IMG/VR virus record: IMGVR_UViG_3300038321_000169
Location: 1-38,342 of that record
Direction: 5' to 3' (one strand)
DNA from: a virus
Lineage: Duplodnaviria; Caudoviricetes
DNA length: 38,342 nucleotides
The position numbers were made by a program, and so were the translations under genes. Shown here one piece after another: positions 8,213-16,960 of the stretch (the stretch's first letter is position 1; each line of letters opens with the position of its first letter). The notes beneath the pieces are model-generated. The model was not told the DNA's origin. It made no database searches and saw only the letters and a list, made by a program, of their open reading frames with translations.

Positions 8213-8527
8213 ATGTATAAACTGCTTACTACAAAAGACCTTGCAGAACGTTGGCGAGTATCTACTACAACAGTAAACAGATGGGTAGATGATGGTGTCA
8301 TACCTCCCGTCAAAGGATTACCTAGTAAGAGATTTAGGCTAGAAGATGTTTTAAAGCTAGAGGGGACTGAAATAGGAAAGTTATCCCCTCTTGAAAGGAA
8401 AAGGTTATTGAAAGAAATAAAAACTTTAGAAAAGGAAGTAGAGGGTTTGAAACATGAAAATGAAGAATTAAAGGACTATGTAAGATTTATTCTTGGACGT
8501 GGAGTTAATTTAGTAAAGGAGGGCTAG
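8213..8527 (+). CDS. Excisionase-like HTH protein with coiled-coil tail
   Basis: LLTTKDLAERWRVSTTTVNRW; GGGAGG RBS before ATG 8213. Confidence 0.75.
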   Translation: MYKLLTTKDLAERWRVSTTTVNRWVDDGVIPPVKGLPSKRFRLEDVLKLEGTEIGKLSPLERKRLLKEIKTLEKEVEGLKHENEELKDYVRFILGRGVNLVKEG

Positions 8528-8587
8528 ACATTATTGACTTATTAGGTATCGTTTAGACCGATACCAAGGTTAAAGGAGGCTTAAACA

Positions 8588-8674
8588 ATGTTAATTTTAC
8601 TATTTACTTTTACAACTATAGCAATTGTAAGTTTAGCAGTATCAGTTTTGTTGAATAGCAGGGAGGTGGAATAA
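8588..8674 (+). CDS. 28-aa hydrophobic micropeptide
   Basis: AAAGGAGG RBS; MLILLFTFTTIAIVSLAVSVLLNSREVE. Confidence 0.6.
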   Translation: MLILLFTFTTIAIVSLAVSVLLNSREVE

Positions 8675-8778
8675 TGGCTAACTTTATAGCTAGTCCTTTA
8701 AGCCCTGCAATAGCTTTTATATTAGGTATAACTTACTTGGTATGTTTAGCTATAGATTTAAAAAAAGAAAATAATTAG
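8674..8778 (+). CDS. 34-aa hydrophobic micropeptide
   Basis: GGAGGTG RBS, TAATG coupling; MANFIASPLSPAIAFILGITYLVCLAIDLKKENN. Confidence 0.6.
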   Translation: MANFIASPLSPAIAFILGITYLVCLAIDLKKENN

Positions 8779-8785
8779 GAGGAAT

Positions 8786-9181
8786 GTGAAGATGAAAACA
8801 TGGGAAATGATTAAGGAATTAACAGAAAATCCAAATAAGAAATTTTATGTAGTTGGCAGTAAGCATTTAATCGCTAGAGTACATTTTGAAACAAATAAAA
8901 TTGAATTTGTAAATACTAGCGTAAAAGCTCCTTATATAGGGATTGAGCCAACTATTGACTGGGATTGGAAGGAAGTAAAAGAACCAGTTAGTTTTATAGA
9001 AGCAGCAAAAGAAGTAAGAATGAGCAATAAAAGGATTAAGGTTCGACACAAACTATATATAAGCGGTTTTATGATGTTAACTGATTTGTTAGATGAAATT
9101 GTGAATGAAATTGGATATGAAGCTGGGTCTATAGTGGTAGCTAAAATTTTAACAGAAGGAAAGTTTTATATAGAAGATTAG
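8786..9181 (+). CDS. Hypothetical phage protein
   Basis: 131-aa ORF, AGGAGG RBS. Confidence 0.75.
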   Translation: MKMKTWEMIKELTENPNKKFYVVGSKHLIARVHFETNKIEFVNTSVKAPYIGIEPTIDWDWKEVKEPVSFIEAAKEVRMSNKRIKVRHKLYISGFMMLTDLLDEIVNEIGYEAGSIVVAKILTEGKFYIED

Positions 9182-9209
9182 GAGGTGGACAAGTGTCAAA
9201 ACGTTTATT

Positions 9210-9270
9210 AAAAAAGTAAAAGACCTTCCCAGATGGCAGTCTGAAAAAGGTCAGTAAAAAATAAACACTA
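9210..9270 (-). ncRNA. Putative ~60-nt antisense small RNA
   Basis: Minus-strand extended -10 TGTGCTATAAT (9287-9277); hairpin 9222-9252 pairs better on minus strand and is followed by U-rich tract. Confidence 0.45.
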
Positions 9271-9305
9271 ATGTTAATTATAGCACATTTCAGGAGGTTT
9301 AAAAA

Positions 9306-9479
9306 ATGAAAATAAGAAATGCAACCATTAAAGATTTTGCATATCTCTTAAAGCTAGTTAAGGACATGAGAAAAGAACTAAAAGATGAGAATTACAAAGT
9401 AGTAGATTTTCATCTGTCAATAATAGAGAAAAATTTAGGTTTGTATCTGGCAGAAAGAAACATAAGGGGGGGAATGTAA
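9306..9479 (+). CDS. Hypothetical 57-aa protein
   Basis: AGGAGG RBS; abuts next gene. Confidence 0.6.
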   Translation: MKIRNATIKDFAYLLKLVKDMRKELKDENYKVVDFHLSIIEKNLGLYLAERNIRGGM

Positions 9480-9962
9480 ATGAAACTTTATGAACTTACT
9501 GAAACATATAAAAATATTGAAAATCTTTTAAATGATGAGGATGCAGATATAGAAACTTTAGAGAAAGCTTTAGAAGATGTGCAAGACAATATAGAAAACA
9601 AGGCTGAAAACATAGCGAAGCTAGTTAGAAATATAGACGGAGATATAAAAGCATTAAAAGAGGAAGAAAAGAGATTAGCAGAACGTAGAAAGGCTTTAGA
9701 GAATAAACAGAAGAACGTAAAGAAATATTTAGAATATCAATTAAAATCATTAAAAATAGATAAAGTTAAGACTGGGTTGTTTACAGTATCAATTCAAAAT
9801 AATGCACCAAGCGTGAGGGTAGTAGATGAAGGACTGATTCCAAGCGACTTTATATACATTAAAACATCAATATCTAAAAGAGAAATTTTACAAGCACTAA
9901 AAGCCGGAAAAGAAGTTCCGGGGGCGGAAATAAAACAAACTAAGTCTATAAGAATTAGATAA
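9480..9962 (+). CDS. Siphovirus Gp157 family protein
   Basis: MKLYELT...KAENIAKL...IKALKEEEKRL...VPGAEI...IRIR. Confidence 0.9.
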   Translation: MKLYELTETYKNIENLLNDEDADIETLEKALEDVQDNIENKAENIAKLVRNIDGDIKALKEEEKRLAERRKALENKQKNVKKYLEYQLKSLKIDKVKTGLFTVSIQNNAPSVRVVDEGLIPSDFIYIKTSISKREILQALKAGKEVPGAEIKQTKSIRIR

Positions 9963-9974
9963 GGAGAGGATTAC

Positions 9975-10478
9975 ATGACTACTATAAATAAAGATTTTAT
10001 TGTAAATTTACAAGGGAATGAATTTGTAAAATATGAAGGATTATTAGATTTAGCACACCAAAATGGACTAAAAACAATAGATGTAGACATATTACAATTT
10101 CCTACTAAAGAAAATAATATGACAGCAATATGTAAAGCTACAGCTAAAACAGACAAAGGAAGTTTTACCGATATAGGAGATGCAAGTCCACAATCAGTGA
10201 ATAGAAATATAGCACCTCATTTAATAAGGATGGCTTCAACTAGAGCTAAAGCAAGAGCTTTAAGAGATTTAAACAATATAGGTATGACAGCTTTGGAAGA
10301 ATTGGCGGATGATGAAGTTGTAGGAAGTAAATCACAATCTAGAGCTACAAATAAAGAACAAGCTCAAACTCTGCATTGTAGTAGTTGTGGGACTCAAGTA
10401 ACTAGTAATGTGGCGAACTGGTCTAAGAAAAATCACAATAAAATATTGTGTATGAGTTGTCAAAAGAAAGTGAAATAG
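9975..10478 (+). CDS. Putative single-strand annealing protein (Rad52/Sak-like) with C-terminal Zn ribbon
   Basis: DIGDA...IRMASTRAKARALR motif; CxxC...CxxC; position between Gp157 and replication genes. Confidence 0.65.
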   Translation: MTTINKDFIVNLQGNEFVKYEGLLDLAHQNGLKTIDVDILQFPTKENNMTAICKATAKTDKGSFTDIGDASPQSVNRNIAPHLIRMASTRAKARALRDLNNIGMTALEELADDEVVGSKSQSRATNKEQAQTLHCSSCGTQVTSNVANWSKKNHNKILCMSCQKKVK

Positions 10479-10487
10479 GGTGATTTA

Positions 10488-11231
10488 ATGTTAGAAAGTC
10501 CTAATTATTATGCAATATTACCTGCGGTCGTGAGGTATGACGAGAGATTGAAGCCAATGGAAAAGATTATATATGCAGAAATAACAGCATTAGCAAATAT
10601 AAAAGGATACTGTTATGCAAGTAATTCGTATTTTGCAGAATTGTATGAAGTGAATAAAAAAACTGTAAGTAGTTGGATAAACAATTTAATTAAATATGGC
10701 TACCTAAAATCAAAATTAATTAAAGAAGATAAGAAAGTTAAAGAAAGAAGGCTTTATATATGCAATAGTATTTGCACCTATCCATTAAAAGATGGAGAGG
10801 GGTATCCACAAAAAAATGGATACCCTATCCATAAAAAGATGGAGGATAATATTACAAGGTTTAATACTACAAGTATTAATAATATATATACCTTTTGGAA
10901 TAAACAAAAAATCATAGAACATAGAAAACTGACAGATAAAATGAAAAGAAAAATAAATACAATCTTAAAAGACTATGAAGAAAAAGACATCAAGGAATCT
11001 ATTAAAAACTATGCAGAAATTTTAAAAGGTGAGGAATATTTCTTTACCTACAGGTGGACTTTAATTGAGTTTTTAGATAGAGGATTAGAGAGGTTTATGA
11101 ATGGAGAAGTAGCAAGACGAAACTATTTAAAACGTGATGGAGGTGGACCAGATGGAAATGGACCAACTGGGGGCAACAGCTCAAAGGATATTAAATTCGA
11201 TAAAAGCAAATTCCTCTACAACGGAGACTAA
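10488..11231 (+). CDS. Replication initiator / replisome organiser (N-terminal wHTH)
   Basis: PNYYAILPAVVRYD..LKP.EK..YAEI..L...GYCYASNSYFAELY; internal iterons; upstream of DnaC-like loader. Confidence 0.88.
   Translation: MLESPNYYAILPAVVRYDERLKPMEKIIYAEITALANIKGYCYASNSYFAELYEVNKKTVSSWINNLIKYGYLKSKLIKEDKKVKERRLYICNSICTYPLKDGEGYPQKNGYPIHKKMEDNITRFNTTSINNIYTFWNKQKIIEHRKLTDKMKRKINTILKDYEEKDIKESIKNYAEILKGEEYFFTYRWTLIEFLDRGLERFMNGEVARRNYLKRDGGGPDGNGPTGGNSSKDIKFDKSKFLYNGD
10777..10844. repeat. Iterons of probable phage replication origin
   Basis: Three TATCCA-N8-TGGA units (10779, 10803, 10826); CCTATCCATWAAAAGATGGAG twice; AT-rich tract downstream. Confidence 0.7.
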
Positions 11232-11946
11232 GAAATATGAGTGCAATGTATGCAAGGATACGGAGTGGATAATAGATAAAAAGACTAATACAGCAAGACC
11301 ATGTAAATGTCGAGAAGTAAAGCATTATAAAAAAATATTAGAAACATCTGGGATAAGTGAAGAATTTCTTAAAAAGAGATTTGGCAACTTTAATGCAAAG
11401 TATAAAGAAATTGATGAAATGAAGAAAATGGCTATGAAATACACCAAAGATTTTAATGAAATAAAAGATAGAAGAAACAATAGCATAGCCCTTTTAGGAC
11501 AGGTAGGGTCTGGAAAGACCCACCTAAGCATAGCTATAGCAAACAATTTAATGAAACAAGGAATAGGTGTTAGGTATATGTCTTATAGGGATGAAATAAC
11601 TAAGATAAAACAGGCTGTAACTGATGATTTAAACTATGCTAGAGAAATTAACAAATATAAAAATGCAACAGTTTTATTAATAGATGATTTATATAAAAAA
11701 GCAACTTATAAAGATAGAACAGGCGTAGAACATGTAGTTGATGCAGACTTAAGAGTTATGTTTGAAATAATAAATCATAGATATTTAAAAAATGCTCCTA
11801 TCATTGTATCTAGCGAGTATTTTATAGAGGACCTTTTAAATTTTGATGAAGCATTAGGAAGTAGAATATTAGAAATGTGCGAGGGACACATAAAAGAAGT
11901 TAGAGGAGAGAAACTAAACTATAGATTATATAGACAAGCTTTATAG
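11152..11946 (+). CDS. DnaC/IstB-like AAA+ helicase loader
   Basis: CxxC...CxC, Walker A GQVGSGKT, Walker B LLIDDL, SRILEM; GGAGGT RBS before ATG 11152. Confidence 0.9.
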   Translation: MEMDQLGATAQRILNSIKANSSTTETKKYECNVCKDTEWIIDKKTNTARPCKCREVKHYKKILETSGISEEFLKKRFGNFNAKYKEIDEMKKMAMKYTKDFNEIKDRRNNSIALLGQVGSGKTHLSIAIANNLMKQGIGVRYMSYRDEITKIKQAVTDDLNYAREINKYKNATVLLIDDLYKKATYKDRTGVEHVVDADLRVMFEIINHRYLKNAPIIVSSEYFIEDLLNFDEALGSRILEMCEGHIKEVRGEKLNYRLYRQAL

Positions 11947-11956
11947 GAGGGTAGAA

Positions 11957-12388
11957 ATGGCTAAGTTATGGGCGAAAGAAGAGTTTGAATTTCTAAAGGC
12001 AAATATAAATGAAATGACATATAAAGAAATAGCTAAAGCATTAGGTAGAAGTACATGTTCTGTGATAAGCAAAGCGAAAAATGAGAATATACGTAAAAAC
12101 AAAAGTAATAAAATAAAAGCTTGGACAGGGAAAGAAATAAAGTTTCTAAAAACAAATATAAATGAAATGTCATATGAAGAAATAGGGAGAACGTTGGGCA
12201 GAAGTGCAGAAGGAGTGAAACAGAAAGCGTATTACTTAAACTTAGTAAAAATAGAAGAATGTCCAAGGTGTCCAAGATGCAGTGGAAAAAATAAAATTGG
12301 TAAAGTGGGATTTAAAACATACTTTTGTAGAAATTGTTTAATAGAATTTAAAGAAAATGGGAAAATATTAGAACCGCTTTATAGATAG
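11957..12388 (+). CDS. Hypothetical protein with two tandem Myb/HTH-like repeats and a Zn ribbon
   Basis: W..EE.EFLK.NINEM.Y.EI...LGRS repeated twice; CPRC...CRNC. Confidence 0.7.
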   Translation: MAKLWAKEEFEFLKANINEMTYKEIAKALGRSTCSVISKAKNENIRKNKSNKIKAWTGKEIKFLKTNINEMSYEEIGRTLGRSAEGVKQKAYYLNLVKIEECPRCPRCSGKNKIGKVGFKTYFCRNCLIEFKENGKILEPLYR

Positions 12389-12393
12389 GAGGG

Positions 12394-13080
12394 ATGAGAA
12401 TGGATAAATTAATACTTTTGGTAGGACCGTCTGGAAGTGGCAAAACAACAGTAGCATATGAACTATATAAAGAAGGATATAACGTAATACAGTCTTATAC
12501 AACAAGAAAACCAAGACATGAGGGAGAATGGGGACATATATTTATGAAACTAGGTAGTGAATGGGAAGAAGCGATTGTAGAAAGAACATTAGTAGGCTTT
12601 GAAAACATGTATCCTGTAAAAGATAAAAATTATAAATATATAGATATTGATGACATGATAGCTTTTAAGGAACTATATGGAGATTATTATTTTGCAACTA
12701 AAGAGCAATATCGAGGAAAAGGAACGAGCATATATGTAGTAGACCCAAGCGGAGCTGAACAAGTTAGGCAAAGCATACAAAAGCCATATAGCTTAGTAAG
12801 TAGTAGCGGTAAAACAGAGTTTGGAGCAGAAATAGCAACTATATTCTTAATGTGTGATGAGGAAATTAGAACTTTAAGGTTAGCAAGTAGGATAGATGAA
12901 GGATTACAAATTTATAAGACCTCATATTTAAAAACACTGCCAAAAATAAAAGAAAGGCTAGAAAAAGATAGAGAAATTTTTTCTAAATGTAAATGTGATT
13001 ATGTAGTAGATGCAAATAGAGAATTAAAAGAAGTTGTTAAAGATATAAAAGAAATTATAAGGGGGTCTGACAAACATTGA
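12394..13080 (+). CDS. Guanylate kinase-like P-loop nucleotide kinase
   Basis: LVGPSGSGKTT, SYTTRKPR..E, YG.YY, VVDP.G. Confidence 0.8.
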   Translation: MRMDKLILLVGPSGSGKTTVAYELYKEGYNVIQSYTTRKPRHEGEWGHIFMKLGSEWEEAIVERTLVGFENMYPVKDKNYKYIDIDDMIAFKELYGDYYFATKEQYRGKGTSIYVVDPSGAEQVRQSIQKPYSLVSSSGKTEFGAEIATIFLMCDEEIRTLRLASRIDEGLQIYKTSYLKTLPKIKERLEKDREIFSKCKCDYVVDANRELKEVVKDIKEIIRGSDKH

Positions 13081-13598
13081 AAATGTGGACATCAAGAGAA
13101 ACGGAAGATTTATTAAGGCTTTACAACAAGCTAGACAACGAAGCCCTTATAAAATACTTTAACAGGTCATACTTATCCATATATAAAAAAGCTAGAAGTT
13201 TAGGACTATACAAAACACCAGAAATGGAGTTTATAAATCGGAGTAAAGCAAAGCGAGGGACTAAGAGTTATAACTGGAAAGGCGGCAAAAAGAAAACCGC
13301 TAAAGGATATGTAATGATTTTGAACAAAAAACATCCTAGAGCAAACAATAATGGTGGCTATGTCTTTGAACACATACTAATAATGGAAAAACATATAGGT
13401 AGACACCTTAAAGAGAATGAAGTGGTTCATCATATAAATGGCATAAAGGATGATAATAGAATAGAAAATCTAGAATTAATGGATTTTGGAGAACATACAA
13501 AGCTACACCACATAGGTGCTAAAAGAAGTCTTGAGACAAGAAAAAAGATAAGCGAAAAGGCAAAAGAAAGATATAGAAATAAAAAGGAGTGTTGTTAA
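13077..13598 (+). CDS. Free-standing HNH homing endonuclease (HNH_3 + NUMOD3-like)
   Basis: YVFEHILIME...EVVHHINGIKDDNRIENL; SLETRKKISE. Confidence 0.85.
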   Translation: MKMWTSRETEDLLRLYNKLDNEALIKYFNRSYLSIYKKARSLGLYKTPEMEFINRSKAKRGTKSYNWKGGKKKTAKGYVMILNKKHPRANNNGGYVFEHILIMEKHIGRHLKENEVVHHINGIKDDNRIENLELMDFGEHTKLHHIGAKRSLETRKKISEKAKERYRNKKECC

Positions 13599-14002
13599 TG
13601 AATAACGTTGTATTAGTCGGACGTCTTTGTGCCGAGCCAGAACTAAAATTTTTACAAAGTGGAATGGCAGTATGTAATTTTACTCTAGCAGTTGATAAAA
13701 ACTTAAGCAAAGATAAAAAACAAGAAATGGAATCTAAAGGGCAACCTACAGCAGATTTTATAAATATAGTAGTTTGGGGTAAACAAGCGGAAAGTTGTGC
13801 TAACTATTTAGATAAAGGCAGACTTACAGGAGTGCAAGGAAGGATACAGACAAGAAGTTATGAAGCTAAGGATGGAACTAGAAGATATGTAACAGAAGTA
13901 GTAGCTAGTTATGTGGAGTTTTTAGAATGGAAAAAGAAAGATGATGGTATAGATGGCTTTAGTCAAGTGAATGATGCGGACTTAGATTCTCTACCATTTT
14001 AA
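13598..14002 (+). CDS. ssb: Single-stranded DNA-binding protein
   Basis: MNNVVLVGRL..PEL...FTLAV...ADFI.IV.WGK.AE; acidic tail ending LPF. Confidence 0.95.
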   Translation: MNNVVLVGRLCAEPELKFLQSGMAVCNFTLAVDKNLSKDKKQEMESKGQPTADFINIVVWGKQAESCANYLDKGRLTGVQGRIQTRSYEAKDGTRRYVTEVVASYVEFLEWKKKDDGIDGFSQVNDADLDSLPF

Positions 14003-14014
14003 GGAGGGATAAAT

Positions 14015-14194
14015 ATGACAAGCTTTCAAAAAGAGCTTATAACAGCTATAGAAGAGGTAGCAACAAGCACAGGATTAACAGTAAGTGAATGTATAAGACA
14101 AGCTATAGCGTTGATTAAAAGAGAAAAGAAACAATATAAAGATACGTATTTACAACAACAATACAAAAATATGTTTAAGGAGTGGAAAAATTGA
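14015..14194 (+). CDS. 59-aa hypothetical, ribbon-helix-helix-like
   Basis: AAGGAGG RBS; AIEEVATSTGLTVSECIRQAI. Confidence 0.55.
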   Translation: MTSFQKELITAIEEVATSTGLTVSECIRQAIALIKREKKQYKDTYLQQQYKNMFKEWKN

Positions 14195-14556
14195 AACAGA
14201 CAACAATAGTTATTCCGGGAGAGTTACCAGACTTAAACACAATAATCGACGAAAGCAAAAAACATTGGGCTAGTTACAGCACTATGAAAAAAGAAAACAC
14301 AGAAATGGTGGCTTGGTTAGCAAAAGGAAAGGGAAAGTTTAAAAAGATAAATTTAGAAATAATATGGTATTGCAAAAATAAAAGAAAAGATAAAGATAAT
14401 ATTTCAGTGGGACAAAAGTTTATACTAGATGGATTAGTACAAGCAGGAGTAATTGAAAATGATGGATGGAAACAGATAGGAGATATAAAACATAGATTTA
14501 AGATAGATAAGAACAATCCTAGAGTGGAAGTAAGAATTAAGGAGGTAGAGAAATGA
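14191..14556 (+). CDS. RusA-family Holliday junction resolvase
   Basis: LPDLN...RKDKDNI...KFILDGLVQAGVIENDG...NPRVEVRI. Confidence 0.85.
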   Translation: MKQTTIVIPGELPDLNTIIDESKKHWASYSTMKKENTEMVAWLAKGKGKFKKINLEIIWYCKNKRKDKDNISVGQKFILDGLVQAGVIENDGWKQIGDIKHRFKIDKNNPRVEVRIKEVEK

Positions 14557-14726
14557 ACGAAAACGATAGATTACGTAAAGAAAATAAAGAGTTAAAAGAA
14601 TTCTTGAAAACTATAGCAGATGACCTTTTTCACGATGCACAACAAGATATAAGAGCAGCAAAAGGGATATATGTAGTGATAGGCGAGTACTGGAACTATG
14701 AAGGTGTTAAGGAGGAAAAAGAATGA
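14553..14726 (+). CDS. Hypothetical 57-aa protein
   Basis: AAGGAGG RBS; ATGA overlaps on both sides. Confidence 0.6.
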   Translation: MNENDRLRKENKELKEFLKTIADDLFHDAQQDIRAAKGIYVVIGEYWNYEGVKEEKE

Positions 14727-14932
14727 AAATTTTATGTAAATATAAAAATGGTACAGCAAAGGAGTTTCCCGAAGAATTTTACAACATAGTGCAAAACATC
14801 GTAAAAGCAACTAAGAAAAAGAAAGGAATAACATACGCTAAATTTTTAGAAAGCAATTTAAACAAAATTTATGTAGACGGGAAGTTAGTTTTAGATAGGG
14901 AACTAGCATTAAAACAGGAGGTAGAAGAATGA
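14723..14932 (+). CDS. Hypothetical protein
   Basis: 69 aa, AGGAGG RBS, coupled. Confidence 0.65.
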   Translation: MKILCKYKNGTAKEFPEEFYNIVQNIVKATKKKKGITYAKFLESNLNKIYVDGKLVLDRELALKQEVEE

Positions 14933-15381
14933 GAGATATTAAGTTTAGAGCATGGGATAAAGAGACAAACTCAATGCATGACGTAACGGAAATAAGTTTC
15001 AATGAAGATGGCAGTATAGACGGAACACTAAAAAGTATAACAGGAAGATTTTACTTTAACGAAAGAGTGCATGTAAGAGGATTTAACTACGAATGGATTG
15101 ATGATGTGATTTTAATGCAATATACAGGCTTGCATGATAAGAACGGAAAAGAAATTTATGAGGGGGATGTTTTAGAATTTGAAGATAAAAGCGGGAAAGC
15201 TAGCGTCGCTTACAATCAGAACAAAGCACAATATCAATTGAGTAAATTAAAACATAAATCTTCAAATATTATCATAAAAAATGCACAAATAGATTTAAAC
15301 ACAAACTGTATAAGTGAAGATGAGCTTAAAGTCATAGGCAATATATACGAAAATCCAGAATTGTTGGGGGTAGAGCAATGA
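14929..15381 (+). CDS. YopX family protein
   Basis: MRDIKFRAWDK...LMQYTGLHDKNGKEIYEGD...VIGNIYENPELL. Confidence 0.93.
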   Translation: MRDIKFRAWDKETNSMHDVTEISFNEDGSIDGTLKSITGRFYFNERVHVRGFNYEWIDDVILMQYTGLHDKNGKEIYEGDVLEFEDKSGKASVAYNQNKAQYQLSKLKHKSSNIIIKNAQIDLNTNCISEDELKVIGNIYENPELLGVEQ

Positions 15382-15536
15382 AGAAATGTGAACAGGAGGT
15401 TGCAGGACATTGTTATCTTGCAATTACCTATAAAAAATATGCAGAAGTAAGAGACTGTGAAAAATGTTGCCTAAAATGCTTAGAACCTTGCGGGAATATG
15501 TGTGACAAGGCTTTAAAAATAAATATGGAGGGATAA
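15378..15536 (+). CDS. 52-aa cysteine-rich protein
   Basis: ATGA overlap with YopX gene; CEKCCLKCLEPCGNMC. Confidence 0.55.
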   Translation: MKKCEQEVAGHCYLAITYKKYAEVRDCEKCCLKCLEPCGNMCDKALKINMEG

Positions 15537-15538
15537 AA

Positions 15539-15718
15539 ATGTTATCTATGAAGTATTGTGCTAGAGCGATAATTCAACATCTAAATGGAAATGCAAAGCT
15601 ATTTGAGGAGTATAGGGACAAGGCTATAGAAATATATGAGGAAGAAAATAATATATGCAGTATAGAAGAGATGATACCAGATAGAACAAAGAAGAAGTTA
15701 TACAAATTAGTAAATTAG
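15539..15718 (+). CDS. Hypothetical 59-aa protein
   Basis: GGAGG RBS, open frame. Confidence 0.6.
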   Translation: MLSMKYCARAIIQHLNGNAKLFEEYRDKAIEIYEEENNICSIEEMIPDRTKKKLYKLVN

Positions 15719-15728
15719 GAGGAAAAGT

Positions 15729-15926
15729 AATGCTAACAATATTCTTTTTAGTAACAATAAGTTTAATAATGTTTAGCTTTTCATTAGCTATATTTTCTTT
15801 AGTAAATATGAAGGACAAGCAATAGTAATAGGAGGATACAGGATAATGGTACAAGCTTTAATTATAGCAACTATAGTAATTACATTAGTAAGGATAAAAA
15901 GAAGCTACAAAAGAAAATAGGAGGTC
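15729..15926 (+). repeat. Copy A of diverged ~200-bp direct repeat encoding two micropeptides (15730-15825, 31 aa; 15846-15920, 24 aa)
   Basis: Aligns with 17797-17999; each small ORF has a GGAGG RBS. Confidence 0.8.
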
Positions 15927-15930
15927 TAAT

Positions 15931-16131
15931 ATGAATTATGAAAAAATAAAACTAATTAAAAAGAAAGAGAAGATAAAACATGCTGTAGATATATTGGAGG
16001 AATGTGCGGAAATCTTATATCAAGAATGCAAGGAAACAGAAAGAAGCCCAGAACTGCAAATATGTGCAACTATATTTGTATTAAAAGAAGAGATAGAAAC
16101 AATGGAGGGGAAAATAAATGGATTTAGATAA
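15931..16131 (+). CDS. Hypothetical protein
   Basis: 66 aa, AGGAGG RBS. Confidence 0.65.
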   Translation: MNYEKIKLIKKKEKIKHAVDILEECAEILYQECKETERSPELQICATIFVLKEEIETMEGKINGFR

Positions 16132-16657
16132 ATTATATAAATTACAAGCAGAATTAGATAAAACTATCTTGGAGAATGAGAAAAAGAGAACAGGAAAAGA
16201 AATAGATAAGGATCTATTACTAAATCAAACAATACTAGCTTTACAGGTAGAGGTAGCAGAGTTGGCAAATGCGACTAGATGCTTCAAGCATTGGAGCACA
16301 AAAGGACCTGAAAGCAAAGAAAGAATTCTAGATGAATTGGCGGATGTTTGGCATTTTTATTTATCTATAGGGAATCAACTGGATTATAAACTACCTAAAA
16401 AGTTCTTTTTGCCTGACGAAGAGTACAATTATTTAGTAGGAAATGATACAAATATAGAAATAATATTTATAAAATTATTCGCAGACGCATCATTGCTTGT
16501 TATAGAAGGTGGAGAAGTGAATTTAATATATTACGATGCAGTAGGAATGTCTATTAATATATTGGGAAGATTTTTAGAATTTACAGAAGAAGAAATCGAA
16601 CAAGCTTATCTAAAGAAGCACGAAGTAAATTATAGAAGGCAGGAAGAAGGATATTAA
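16118..16657 (+). CDS. Dimeric (all-alpha) dUTPase
   Basis: ALQVEVAELAN..RCFKHWS, LDELADVWHF, AYLKKHEVNY.RQ..GY. Confidence 0.88.
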   Translation: MDLDKLYKLQAELDKTILENEKKRTGKEIDKDLLLNQTILALQVEVAELANATRCFKHWSTKGPESKERILDELADVWHFYLSIGNQLDYKLPKKFFLPDEEYNYLVGNDTNIEIIFIKLFADASLLVIEGGEVNLIYYDAVGMSINILGRFLEFTEEEIEQAYLKKHEVNYRRQEEGY

Positions 16658-16960
16658 ATGAATAAGAAAATAGTACAAGCAGTACAAGAAAGGTCAAAAG
16701 GGCTGTGTGAAATATGCGGCAGCCCTTATATGACCCAAATACATCACATAGTAAAAGGAAAGGGCAAGAGAAGGGAACATGAAAACAAATATTCAGTAAT
16801 TTTATTATGTTGGGACTGCCACATGGGAAATAAAGGCGTACATGGAAGAGATGGAAGGGAACTAGATTTATATTTAAAAAAGAAATTGCAAGAGAAATAT
16901 TTTAATTTAGGATATACGGAAAATGAAGTTAGAGAAAAAATGGGAGGTAAATTATATTGA
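16658..16960 (+). CDS. Small HNH endonuclease-like protein
   Basis: CEICG...HHI...LLCWDCH...H. Confidence 0.75.
   Translation: MNKKIVQAVQERSKGLCEICGSPYMTQIHHIVKGKGKRREHENKYSVILLCWDCHMGNKGVHGRDGRELDLYLKKKLQEKYFNLGYTENEVREKMGGKLY

Noticed and set aside
8545-8565. Palindrome GGTATCG-N7-CGATACC after the excisionase-like gene
   Set aside because: Single copy, no U-tract, and nearby TTGACT has no matching -10; function unsupported
9466-9472. G7 tract as a phase-variation switch
   Set aside because: Short and explained as the RBS of the Gp157 gene; no evidence of length variation
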